A stretch of DNA of 64,000 bases from a virus. The notes under the pieces were generated by a model. That model saw only the letters and a list, made by a program, of their open reading frames with translations, was not told the origin of the DNA and did no database searches. This document shows, piece by piece, positions 1-8,219 of the stretch. The stretch lies in the IMG/VR virus record IMGVR_UViG_3300035698_015907; one strand, 5' to 3'. A program made the translations under genes and the position numbers. Each line of letters begins with the position of its first letter. The first letter of the stretch is position 1.

Positions 1-1730
1 AGATTTTCCTCCACTGATGTTATTCTACTAAAGTTGTTTTTCTTTTCAAATTCAACTACACGATCGAATTTATCTTTTAGCTGATCAGTTTTATGTGATA
101 TAACAAATATATTAGCTTCACCAGTAACTGAATATAGAATGTTTAGAAAGTCTTCTGAACCTACAGAATCTAGCGAACCATCAAAAACTTCATCAAGAAT
201 CAAAAGATTTGTTGATGCAGAATTTCTTAGCTTTGCAATAGTTCTCCAAGCAAATAGTAGAGCTAAATCTATTCTTGTTTTTTCTCCCTCAGAAAATGAA
301 GAATAACTAAACACATCTCTAAAACGGGATTTAATTGTTTCAGAAAAAGTTTCATCAATCTCAAACTGAATGAAAAAATCCATTGCTGCTAGATATTTGT
401 TTATGAGTTTATTGATAATTGGAATATATTGACGAATAATGCGTGACTTAATACCACCATCTTTAAGTATAGTTCCAGCTACACGTTGTATTTCTTTATA
501 TTCGAAAAGGTTCTTCTTTTCTTGTGCAACATCATCACGCTCTTTTTCATATTTTCTAATATTATCACCATCATAATTATATTCAGCATTTCTCTCTACG
601 ACTTTAGAAATCTGTTCTTCTAAGTCTTTTATAGATCCTTCAATATTCTTTATTTTAGATGATTTAAGTGATATATCAACATTCAAATTAGAAACAAAAT
701 CTATGAATCTTTTTATTTCATTCAGACGCTCAGACTCGATCTCAAAAGTCTCTTTGAGACTTTCTATTCCGGTTTCTATTTGTACTAGATCGTTCTTTTT
801 AGATACAATAGTCTTGCCTTTAAATTCTTCATCAATTATTTGTTGACATGTAGGGCAACCATCATTATTAAGAAAGAACGCAATTTCATCTTCTAATCTA
901 ACTTTTTTATCAGACAGTTTATTAATCAATGAAGACATTTCATTAACTTTGCTAGCTAATGCTTTTTCTCCAACAGTCTTCTTTAGTATTTTAGAAAGTT
1001 CTGATTGTTTTTCATCTAATATACGAGCTTCAATATCCATTTCTTCTTTGTATTTAGAAATTCTATTTTTGAAGCCCCTAATAAGATCTTCGGAAGAAGT
1101 CATCATATTTTTGATGTATTCTTCTTGCATCTTAATTTTAGCATTAGACATCTCAAGACGATAATCTGCGTCTAATAAGTCTCCGTTATTAGATGAAATT
1201 TTATCTTTAAGAAGCATATTCATAATAGTGAAGATTTGTATATCTAACAAGTCTTCTATTATTTCTCTTCTTTGACCAGTAGGAAGTTGCATAAATGGAA
1301 CAAATGATGCAGAACCAAGAATAACAACCTGGCAAAATGATTTGAATGTTAGTTTAAGAATATACTTCTCTAATATTTCCTGATAATCTCTAGAATTAGC
1401 TTCTTGATTTATCATCTCACCGTTCTTGATAATCTCAAAAACGTTAGGTTTCATACCTCTTCTAACAATAAATTCATCTAAATTAGATGAAAATTCTATT
1501 TCAACTAAGCAATGCTTGTTATTAACGGAATTTACTAACTGAGGTTTATTGATCTTACGAAAAGCTTTATTATATAAAGCATAGCAAATAGCATCCATAA
1601 ATGTGGATTTGCCATAGCCATTCGCACCTACAACTAAAGTTGTTTGAGCATCATCTAATTTCATTTCAGAAAAATCGTTACCAGTAGAAAGAAAATTCTT
1701 CCACCTCACAGTATGAAATACTAAACCCAT
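1..1730 (-). CDS. 46: Recombination exonuclease ATPase subunit gp46 (Rad50/SbcC-like); runs off the window edge
   Basis: Manual translation from ATG at 1730 gives MGLVFHTVRWKNFLSTGN, Walker A GANGYGKST, a CPTC zinc hook, signature FSEGEK and Walker B LILDEVFD. Follows gene 47. Not in the ORF track because no stop lies inside the window. Confidence 0.95.
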   Translation of the reverse strand, partial: MGLVFHTVRWKNFLSTGNDFSEMKLDDAQTTLVVGANGYGKSTFMDAICYALYNKAFRKINKPQLVNSVNNKHCLVEIEFSSNLDEFIVRRGMKPNVFEIIKNGEMINQEANSRDYQEILEKYILKLTFKSFCQVVILGSASFVPFMQLPTGQRREIIEDLLDIQIFTIMNMLLKDKISSNNGDLLDADYRLEMSNAKIKMQEEYIKNMMTSSEDLIRGFKNRISKYKEEMDIEARILDEKQSELSKILKKTVGEKALASKVNEMSSLINKLSDKKVRLEDEIAFFLNNDGCPTCQQIIDEEFKGKTIVSKKNDLVQIETGIESLKETFEIESERLNEIKRFIDFVSNLNVDISLKSSKIKNIEGSIKDLEEQISKVVERNAEYNYDGDNIRKYEKERDDVAQEKKNLFEYKEIQRVAGTILKDGGIKSRIIRQYIPIINKLINKYLAAMDFFIQFEIDETFSETIKSRFRDVFSYSSFSEGEKTRIDLALLFAWRTIAKLRNSASTNLLILDEVFDGSLDSVGSEDFLNILYSVTGEANIFVISHKTDQLKDKFDRVVEFEKKNNFSRITSVEEN

Positions 1731-1736
1731 TCTATA

Positions 1737-2804
1737 TTACTCAATATTAAGTGCTTCTTCATAAAGATTTCTTATGAATGCATCTAATTTAATTTTGTCA
1801 ACTGGTGTATCCATATTAGATACATACTTCTTTAGAATAGTCAATGTATCCTGTGCTTCATCAACTAATTCATCTTCTGAAATTCCGTCTAAATTTAGAT
1901 GATCCTCTACTATTTGTATATTTGCGGGATTAGCAGTTTCTATTTTTGCAATAACACTATCAAACAGCCAATTGATAGTTTTATTTTTAATAACGATTTT
2001 AACATAACAACCTTCATAAATGCTTTCATCAAATTTTAGCATTTCATCTTTGTTTTTAGTTGCATCATTATAGAAAAACTTTCTGAAAACTTGATAAGGA
2101 TTTTCAATATATCTTAATTCTCTTGTATCAGTATCAAGTATATGAAATCCTTTAGTATCATCATAATCTGCCCATGTAAATTGACATGGTGCACCTAGAT
2201 AAGAAATGTTGCCAACATTTGATTTATGATGATAATGTCCAGATAAAACCATTTCAAATTTTTGAAATATATTCTTATCCATACCATGTTCCATGATATG
2301 ACCACGATCCATCTCAAAACCAGAAAGCTCGAGATGTCCCATCAGAATTTGTGCTTTAGTACCAGCAATTTCTAAATAAAAATCATTCTGATTATCAGCA
2401 CAAATCCATGGAACTAAACAAATATCTAAACCATCAACATTAATAGTTTCAGCTTTTTCATACAACTTAATATCATATTTAGAATTCTTATATAATGATT
2501 TTATGGCATTATATGAATTAGTATGCTTATATTGAGTATCATGATTGCCGCATAATATATGGAAATCGATGTCCCTATCAAATACCGGGTCCATGAAGTT
2601 GTCATGAAGAACTTTAGCAGTTAGATATTGAATATATTTCCTACGATCAACTAGATCACCTAAATGAATTATAGTCTTTATTTCTTCTTTATCAATAGTC
2701 GGAAAAAATACATTCTCATAAAACTTCTTAAAATATGTATGAAAGTTAGAATTATCATTTCTAACTCCGAAATGTGTATCATTAATAATGGCGATTTTAG
2801 CCAA
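1737..2804 (-). CDS. 47: Recombination nuclease subunit gp47 (Mre11/SbcD-like)
   Basis: Metallophosphoesterase motifs DTHFG, GDLVD, GNHD and SGHYH; adjacent to gene 46; TTG start. Confidence 0.95.
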   Translation of the reverse strand: MAKIAIINDTHFGVRNDNSNFHTYFKKFYENVFFPTIDKEEIKTIIHLGDLVDRRKYIQYLTAKVLHDNFMDPVFDRDIDFHILCGNHDTQYKHTNSYNAIKSLYKNSKYDIKLYEKAETINVDGLDICLVPWICADNQNDFYLEIAGTKAQILMGHLELSGFEMDRGHIMEHGMDKNIFQKFEMVLSGHYHHKSNVGNISYLGAPCQFTWADYDDTKGFHILDTDTRELRYIENPYQVFRKFFYNDATKNKDEMLKFDESIYEGCYVKIVIKNKTINWLFDSVIAKIETANPANIQIVEDHLNLDGISEDELVDEAQDTLTILKKYVSNMDTPVDKIKLDAFIRNLYEEALNIE

Positions 2805-2815
2805 ATTATATAACC

Positions 2816-3358
2816 CTATTCATCAGAATCTTTGAAAAGCTTTTCTACACCTTTCTTATTTTTCTTAGATTCTTTAGCTTTATTATCACGCTTAAGTTTC
2901 ATCTCTTCAAAATTAGAGACTACTTCATTAGCAACTTCATCAATAGCATTTCCTATACTTCTAAATTCTTTATCTCCTGCATATAATTCACCTGATATAT
3001 CCATTCTCTGGTATAACTTATACTTAACATAATTGCTTCTTTTTTCTTTTTCTATTCTGCGCCAAAAAGCCCATGTTGTTATTTGTGTAAAATAAGCAAA
3101 TGGGTTACTTGATTTAGCAGGATCAAAATTATTAGCAGCAACTACACAGTTTTCAATTGCATCATCTTTCATTTCATCAATATAAGAATATCCTGCATAA
3201 CTTGGTTTTCTTGCAAGATTTTCTGCAATAAGAATGAAACATTTTCCTATGTAGTTAGGTAAGATTGGATCTTGTTTGCCTTCTTTCCTAGCTTTAGCGA
3301 CTTTTTCTCGGTGCTTAATAAAAGCTTCGAACATCGCTTTATTATCAATATAATCCAT
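2816..3358 (-). CDS. 55: Late-transcription sigma factor gp55
   Basis: YIDNK, NYIGKCF, NFDP.KSSNPFAYFTQI and AFWRRIEKEK motifs; T4-like position next to gene 47. Confidence 0.93.
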   Translation of the reverse strand: MDYIDNKAMFEAFIKHREKVAKARKEGKQDPILPNYIGKCFILIAENLARKPSYAGYSYIDEMKDDAIENCVVAANNFDPAKSSNPFAYFTQITTWAFWRRIEKEKRSNYVKYKLYQRMDISGELYAGDKEFRSIGNAIDEVANEVVSNFEEMKLKRDNKAKESKKNKKGVEKLFKDSDE

Positions 3359-3921
3359 TAATCTTTAGTATCTTCATCGTCAAATTCATCTATAACATCA
3401 TAATCAGATTCATCTTCATTTAAACGTAAAGTACTTTTTCTTAAATCATTAATGTCTATTTTAGCGTTTTCATCTAACTTTGAAATTGAATTTCTATTAA
3501 AAGCCTTTTTGATAGAACTCATAGACTCTTCATCATTTTCATCAAAACCAGAAATACCTAATAGATCCATTTTAGTTGATATTTTAGAATACATGACATT
3601 TAAATTATCATAAACTTCACACATTTCATCATCAACCGCATACATCGATAATATAGAAGCAGGATTAAATGATACTGGTGTTGCGAGGTCATTATTAAGC
3701 ATTGCATGTTTTGCAAAACTATAACCGTTTCCTCTAGTATCTAGTAAAGTTCTTTTTATCATTTCAAGAGGGTTTACAATAACAGTTGTTTCGCCTGTTT
3801 CATTACCTAGAACTCCTATTATCGTAGAACCAGAATTCAAATTCAATGCTACTACATCACCAACATTAAACATATAAACTGTATTCTTCTTATTTTTATT
3901 CTTCTTTTTCTTGTTAGTCAT
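3358..3921 (-). CDS. Hypothetical protein between uvsW and 55 (beta-rich N-terminus, acidic tail)
   Basis: 187-aa ORF tightly packed between uvsW and 55. Confidence 0.6.
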   Translation of the reverse strand: MTNKKKKNKNKKNTVYMFNVGDVVALNLNSGSTIIGVLGNETGETTVIVNPLEMIKRTLLDTRGNGYSFAKHAMLNNDLATPVSFNPASILSMYAVDDEMCEVYDNLNVMYSKISTKMDLLGISGFDENDEESMSSIKKAFNRNSISKLDENAKIDINDLRKSTLRLNEDESDYDVIDEFDDEDTKD

Positions 3922-3924
3922 AAT

Positions 3925-5400
3925 CTAATCCTTCAGTTTAACGTTATAGATTTTAGGTCTAAATTTTTCTTCAGAATAAGTAATTATTCTTTCAGCAAAA
4001 TGTTTTAGAGTAAAATTTTTCCAAGATTTAGTTGATAAATCATCAGCTATATCAAACAACTCAATTTTAATCTTATCATTTTTTCCTCCCATTCTAAGTC
4101 CTCTACCTATAGATTGTAGAATTCTTATCTTTGACTTAGTTGGAGCAGCCATTATCATATTAAAAATATTCTTGATAGATATTGCGGTCTGAAATGTTCC
4201 ATAAGATACTACTGCTACAATATCATCTTCTTTTTCGATAACAGCACGTATATCATTTCTTATTTCACCATCAACGCCACCGTGTATAAGTATAACTTTC
4301 TTATTAGGAAATTTCTTTTGAATAGTTTCAGCTAATAATTCGCCGTGTCTAATTCTCTGAAAGAATACTAGAGTATTGCCTTTTAATGATCCAGCTAAAT
4401 TTCTTATGAAACGCGTTCTTGCTTCGCAATCTATAAGAAAATCTATTTCTTTATTAATATCTTTCTTAGGTAGTTCCTTTCTATCTTTATCAGTGTGATG
4501 AAGTATAATGCACTTCAAATCGATCTCAGCAACATAGCCTTCATCCATTAGCTTTCTAGTTTTAACTAAATCTCTAACTCTACCAAACAAGCCTTCGAGA
4601 ACCATAGTATTACACTTAGAACCTTTTATAGTTCCAGTGAAACCAAACTTATATGATGCAGAAACTGTTTTTTCCATTAGTTCGATGAAAGTTTTTGCAG
4701 CAAAGTGATGAGCTTCATCACCTATAATAACATCAAATCTTTGAATTGTTGACGTGTTGGTTCTCATTAGAGATTGCCACGTAGAAATTACAATACGTGT
4801 ATCAACATCTTTTTCTTGACTTCCATAAATTTTATGTATATCATCAGCGTGAACACCGTATTCTTCTAGATCTTGTGCCATCTGATGAACAGCAGCAACA
4901 GAGTCTACAACTATTAAAGTCGGTAGACTGTAGTATTCGCATATAGAATGTATTATGAAACTTTTACCAGATGATGTAGGTGACAACATCAAAGATCGAT
5001 TTTTTCTAACGCAATGAGCGAATGCTTCAACTTGGTAATCCCTAAGTTCAAAATCTGGTATTTTGTTCTTAGCTCTTTCAACAAGTACATTCATAAATTC
5101 TCCAGCTTCAGCTAAAGACATTTCAGTGTCAGAAAAATCTACATTATTGAATTCTAGTTCATAATCTCTAGCATCGCAAAAACGTTGCAGTTCTTCTAAC
5201 AAACCAATATACAAAGTTTGTTCTGTTAAGTTAACTAGACGTATTTTTCCATCCCAGACCTTATTACGGACTTTGGGATGAAATTTAGCGCCTTCTATTT
5301 CGAATGTAAAATGTTCTTGTATTTCTCTAAGAATACCTCTATCAGATATTATCTTAAAGAATACTTCATCTACTTTTTCTAATCTTATTGTTTCTGTCAA
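3925..5400 (-). CDS. uvsW: UvsW SF2 DNA helicase
   Basis: WDGKIRL, LRDYQ, SPTSSGKS, DEAH, FTGT and LQSIGRGLR motifs. Confidence 0.96.
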   Translation of the reverse strand: MTETIRLEKVDEVFFKIISDRGILREIQEHFTFEIEGAKFHPKVRNKVWDGKIRLVNLTEQTLYIGLLEELQRFCDARDYELEFNNVDFSDTEMSLAEAGEFMNVLVERAKNKIPDFELRDYQVEAFAHCVRKNRSLMLSPTSSGKSFIIHSICEYYSLPTLIVVDSVAAVHQMAQDLEEYGVHADDIHKIYGSQEKDVDTRIVISTWQSLMRTNTSTIQRFDVIIGDEAHHFAAKTFIELMEKTVSASYKFGFTGTIKGSKCNTMVLEGLFGRVRDLVKTRKLMDEGYVAEIDLKCIILHHTDKDRKELPKKDINKEIDFLIDCEARTRFIRNLAGSLKGNTLVFFQRIRHGELLAETIQKKFPNKKVILIHGGVDGEIRNDIRAVIEKEDDIVAVVSYGTFQTAISIKNIFNMIMAAPTKSKIRILQSIGRGLRMGGKNDKIKIELFDIADDLSTKSWKNFTLKHFAERIITYSEEKFRPKIYNVKLKD

Positions 5401-5960
5401 TTGTACTTTATATGAACTACATAGTTATCAGGATCATCATTTTTAGAAAATTTCATTTTTTCAGTTTTCTGAAGAAATCCATCAAATACTGGCGACCAAA
5501 CAGCTCCAGCATCAAATTCATTAGCGCCTTTGTATGTTACTACTATAGTATTTTTTGGAACCCACGATCTAAAAGCTATAGCGAATTGACCAAGGCCCGG
5601 AACCTTTATATCTTCAATATTAGCTTCATTGATGATTAATCTATTTCCTACACCTCTATAAGTTTTCTTGTAGATGTGTTTTGCTGCGTCAAAAATTACT
5701 TTAGTATCTGGTTTTTCTTCTAATACTAATCCAGGATTTAATAGATAATCACGTTCTAACACCCCAATGTCAGTAAGAACATCAGGTTCTTTCTTTATAA
5801 TACTGAGTTTATAAGTATCATCTTCTTCAGATTTTATAGACTGCAAGAAACAATTGAAATCTTGTTTCTCAATATCATCTAATAACGGCTGAGTTCCTAA
5901 AAATGGATGATAATTTTCATTTACCCATGTTTTTATTATACTAGCAATTTCTTCTTGCAA
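5397..5960 (-). CDS. Miniature paralog of major capsid protein gp23
   Basis: Collinear matches to this phage's gp23: GTQPL/GVQPM, LSIIK/FSIEK, KKTYRGVGNRLII/KATRRGKGNMIIC and VTYKGANEFDAG/VGYKGANAFDAG. Confidence 0.7.
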   Translation of the reverse strand: MQEEIASIIKTWVNENYHPFLGTQPLLDDIEKQDFNCFLQSIKSEEDDTYKLSIIKKEPDVLTDIGVLERDYLLNPGLVLEEKPDTKVIFDAAKHIYKKTYRGVGNRLIINEANIEDIKVPGLGQFAIAFRSWVPKNTIVVTYKGANEFDAGAVWSPVFDGFLQKTEKMKFSKNDDPDNYVVHIKYN

Positions 5961-5961
5961 T

Positions 5962-6408
5962 TTATGCTCCTGCTATAAACTTCGACCACTCAATAGCGGC
6001 ACGAATGTTAAATGATCTTGAGAAAATTTCTTTGATGATAGACATTAACACATCTTTCTTTTCTCTTTGTTCTCCAACAAGAGTTGACATCTTTATCATA
6101 TCTTTGTCACCATCAATAACTCTAGGAATATCAGCTTTAAGAATCACATTTCTTTGTGGTTCCCATCCAAGCTTATCTAACATATCAGTTCCATTGAGAG
6201 TTCCCATGTACCAATCAAACTTGAGATTGTATAGTTGTTTATATTTTGACTCTAACGAACGCAGCTCTCTGTTTTCAATTGCAAGGATCCTACTATATTT
6301 TGAATGTAAAGATGCTAGTTTTAGAGCTTCATTACCAAGATCTGTGTGATCAATGGCTGAATCTGTATCCCAAAAATCTAATATTTCTTCTAATGACAAT
6401 TTTAACAA
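5962..6408 (-). CDS. uvsY: Recombination mediator UvsY
   Basis: W..DS.ID, LHSKY and RSFNIRAAIEW.KF.AG motifs. The track start (6441) lies inside the promoter, so a downstream TTG (6408 or 6399) is more likely. Confidence 0.92.
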   Translation of the reverse strand: MLKLSLEEILDFWDTDSAIDHTDLGNEALKLASLHSKYSRILAIENRELRSLESKYKQLYNLKFDWYMGTLNGTDMLDKLGWEPQRNVILKADIPRVIDGDKDMIKMSTLVGEQREKKDVLMSIIKEIFSRSFNIRAAIEWSKFIAGA

Positions 6409-6429
6409 TGATCTTATTAATATTGTGTG

Positions 6430-6458
6430 ATTATACAACATTTTTCAAAGATTGTCAA
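6430..6458 (-). promoter_or_regulatory. Sigma70-type promoter for the uvsY operon
   Basis: TTGACA-N17-TATAAT on the minus strand, perfect consensus. Confidence 0.85.
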
Positions 6459-6477
6459 CAGAAACTGCATTATTTCC

Positions 6478-6507
6478 TTGACATAGATGATACAAATACG
6501 GTATAAT
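6478..6507 (+). promoter_or_regulatory. Divergent sigma70-type promoter facing a non-coding hairpin array
   Basis: TTGACA-N18-TATAAT on the plus strand. Confidence 0.7.
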
Positions 6508-6512
6508 AGAGT

Positions 6513-6645
6513 CTTCCACTTTCCGAGTTTACGAGGAAAGTTAATCAGTCATCATTAATCAGCACTGATTAATAAGCTTCATCAATCCTACAGTCAATAA
6601 AGATTGACTTTGACATCTGTCGGGTAGATGGATCTTATGTGATCA
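6513..6645 (+). ncRNA. Putative structured non-coding RNA or origin-like hairpin array
   Basis: Five consecutive inverted repeats at 6518-6541, 6554-6573, 6592-6609, 6614-6630 and 6631-6644 directly downstream of a consensus promoter; no ORF. Confidence 0.4.
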
Positions 6646-7182
6646 TTAGGTTGCAGCAGGAATACAATCGCGAATATTAGTAAGATTAAAATCTCTTACT
6701 GAGAATGATGCTGTTGCAATAATATAAGTTAGATTAGAGTCTGTTGTATAAAGACGAAGAGGGCTTATTGATACTGGTACAATATCAATAAGAGTTATAT
6801 CAATATTAGGTACTTTCCCATTAGTAGTTATGATCAAAGATCCATCTGAACGCAATGCTTCAGCACCATGGGTGGCCTTATTAGCTCTGTACTGATTAAA
6901 ATTTTCAGGGAAGCCTATGCCCTTGATCCAATTGACTATTTCAATGTAATTCAGCATGTTTTCATCAACTTTAAAGGTTGCGTCCAACATTCCTACCTCT
7001 ATGGCGGTAGCTGAATAATTAAGCTTCACAAACGGATTTGGAACATCAATAGGCGGAAGAACTATGCCTGGGAGGTTTAGTTCTTGACAATAATATGTAG
7101 TATATGGTAATCTTTTGATAACAAGTTCGAACCCACTAGGATTCAAATAATTGATATTTTGAGGATTATCTTTGAGTGCCAT
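6646..7182 (-). CDS. 3: Tail tube terminator / tail completion protein gp3
   Basis: N.NYLNP.GF, Y.CQ..NLPG, FKVDENM.NY.EI.NW; usual position between gene 23 and uvsY in non-coliphage T4-likes. Confidence 0.85.
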   Translation of the reverse strand: MALKDNPQNINYLNPSGFELVIKRLPYTTYYCQELNLPGIVLPPIDVPNPFVKLNYSATAIEVGMLDATFKVDENMLNYIEIVNWIKGIGFPENFNQYRANKATHGAEALRSDGSLIITTNGKVPNIDITLIDIVPVSISPLRLYTTDSNLTYIIATASFSVRDFNLTNIRDCIPAAT

Positions 7183-7208
7183 AATATAGTATCCTATTGA
7201 TAATACTA

Positions 7209-7216
7209 TATTTATG
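7209..7216 (-). promoter_or_regulatory. T4-type late promoter for gene 3
   Basis: CATAAATA about 27 nt upstream of the start codon. Confidence 0.65.
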
Positions 7217-7221
7217 CTGAC

Positions 7222-7245
7222 AAAGAAAAGGGGTCCGAAGACCCC
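7222..7245 (-). terminator. Rho-independent terminator with cUUCGg loop
   Basis: GGGGTC-TTCG-GACCCC followed by TTTTCTTT. Confidence 0.9.
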
Positions 7246-7271
7246 TAGTACGCCCGGCTACTTGAAAAACT

Positions 7272-7676
7272 TTAGAGGTTTTCTTCTGGTGTGTCATCCT
7301 CAACGACTTCATCTAGAACTGGCTCTTCAGCTACAGTATGAGCTGCAATGGCGCTAGCCAAAGCTGCAGTCTTCACATCAAGATCATCTGCAAGTGCATT
7401 TAGTGCACCATCATCACCAATATTATCTCTAATCTGCGATGCAAGATCAGAAATTAGGATAATAGCTGAATCAACAACGGACGCATTCTCAGTTACTTCA
7501 TTAGTTAATCGGTCTAGTGCTTCTGACAATTGGCATACTCCTATAAGGTTTTGGGTTTGGACATATTTAATTCTATTTAATGTCCGTTCAAGTGTATATA
7601 GAATAGCATTGAGATTCGCATAACGACCCCATAAAAGCCTACCTAACCAAGTAGGTTTCCCACGATAGGATAACAT
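7272..7676 (-). CDS. Hypothetical helical/coiled-coil protein, possibly with two in-frame starts
   Basis: GGAGG before ATG 7676 and a second AGGAG before an in-frame TTG at LSEALD; Ala/Asp-rich amphipathic helices. Confidence 0.65.
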   Translation of the reverse strand: MLSYRGKPTWLGRLLWGRYANLNAILYTLERTLNRIKYVQTQNLIGVCQLSEALDRLTNEVTENASVVDSAIILISDLASQIRDNIGDDGALNALADDLDVKTAALASAIAAHTVAEEPVLDEVVEDDTPEENL

Positions 7677-7736
7677 ATTTCCTCCCTCCTATTCATATCT
7701 ATTTAGGAGATGAATATGTTTTTTCTATTATTTAAT

Positions 7737-8087
7737 TTACATTTTTTTCATGCATACTTTTGCATGACCTGGACCGATTAATCCAAGTTTCTTAGCTGCA
7801 GCCTTAGATAAATCTAGTTTTCGTCCTCCGACATAAGGACCTCTATCATTAATTTTTACTGTAACTGATCTTTTCCCTAAAGATACTTTAACTCTAGTTC
7901 CAAATGGGAGAGTTTTGTGTGCAGCAGTCATAGCATTCTGGTTGAATATTTCACCGCTTGCAGTCTTTTTTCCATGAAACCCTGGACCGTACCATGAAGC
8001 TCCTACTACTTTTCCGCTGCATGCTGCTATAGCGGGGGATGTTAACATCGCAACTGTAGATAGTATAATTAGTGATAATTTTATCAT
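7737..8087 (-). CDS. rlpA: RlpA-family (DPBB) lytic transglycosylase with signal peptide
   Basis: ASWYG..FHGKKTASGE.F, MTAAHKTLPFGT, V.INDRGPY..GR.LDLS.AAA; hydrophobic N-terminus ending IAAC. Confidence 0.93.
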   Translation of the reverse strand: MIKLSLIILSTVAMLTSPAIAACSGKVVGASWYGPGFHGKKTASGEIFNQNAMTAAHKTLPFGTRVKVSLGKRSVTVKINDRGPYVGGRKLDLSKAAAKKLGLIGPGHAKVCMKKM

Positions 8088-8114
8088 ATCATTTCCTTTT
8101 TATATTATTTGGGC

Positions 8115-8142
8115 ATTATATTAATCATTTATTTCATGTAAA
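8115..8142 (-). promoter_or_regulatory. Sigma70-like promoter for the rlpA-like gene
   Basis: TTTACA-N16-TATAAT immediately downstream of the gene 23 terminator. Confidence 0.55.
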
Positions 8143-8145
8143 GGC

Positions 8146-8171
8146 AAAAATAAGGGGCTCCGAAGAGCCCC
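8146..8171 (-). terminator. Gene 23 terminator with cUUCGg loop
   Basis: GGGGCTC-TTCG-GAGCCCC followed by TTATTTTT; a second GAAA-loop hairpin lies at 8180-8193. Confidence 0.92.
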
Positions 8172-8219
8172 TGTAGGTCGAGTCTTTCGACTCTTTAATT
8201 ATACTTAAAGTATATATTA

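Noticed and set aside
5397-5960. Calling the mini-capsid ORF gene 24
   Set aside because: It is less than half the size of T4 gp24 and is not next to gene 23, so the symbol is not supported.
6409-6441. uvsY start at 6441 as given in the ORF track
   Set aside because: That ATG lies between the -35 and -10 boxes of the promoter, upstream of the expected transcription start.
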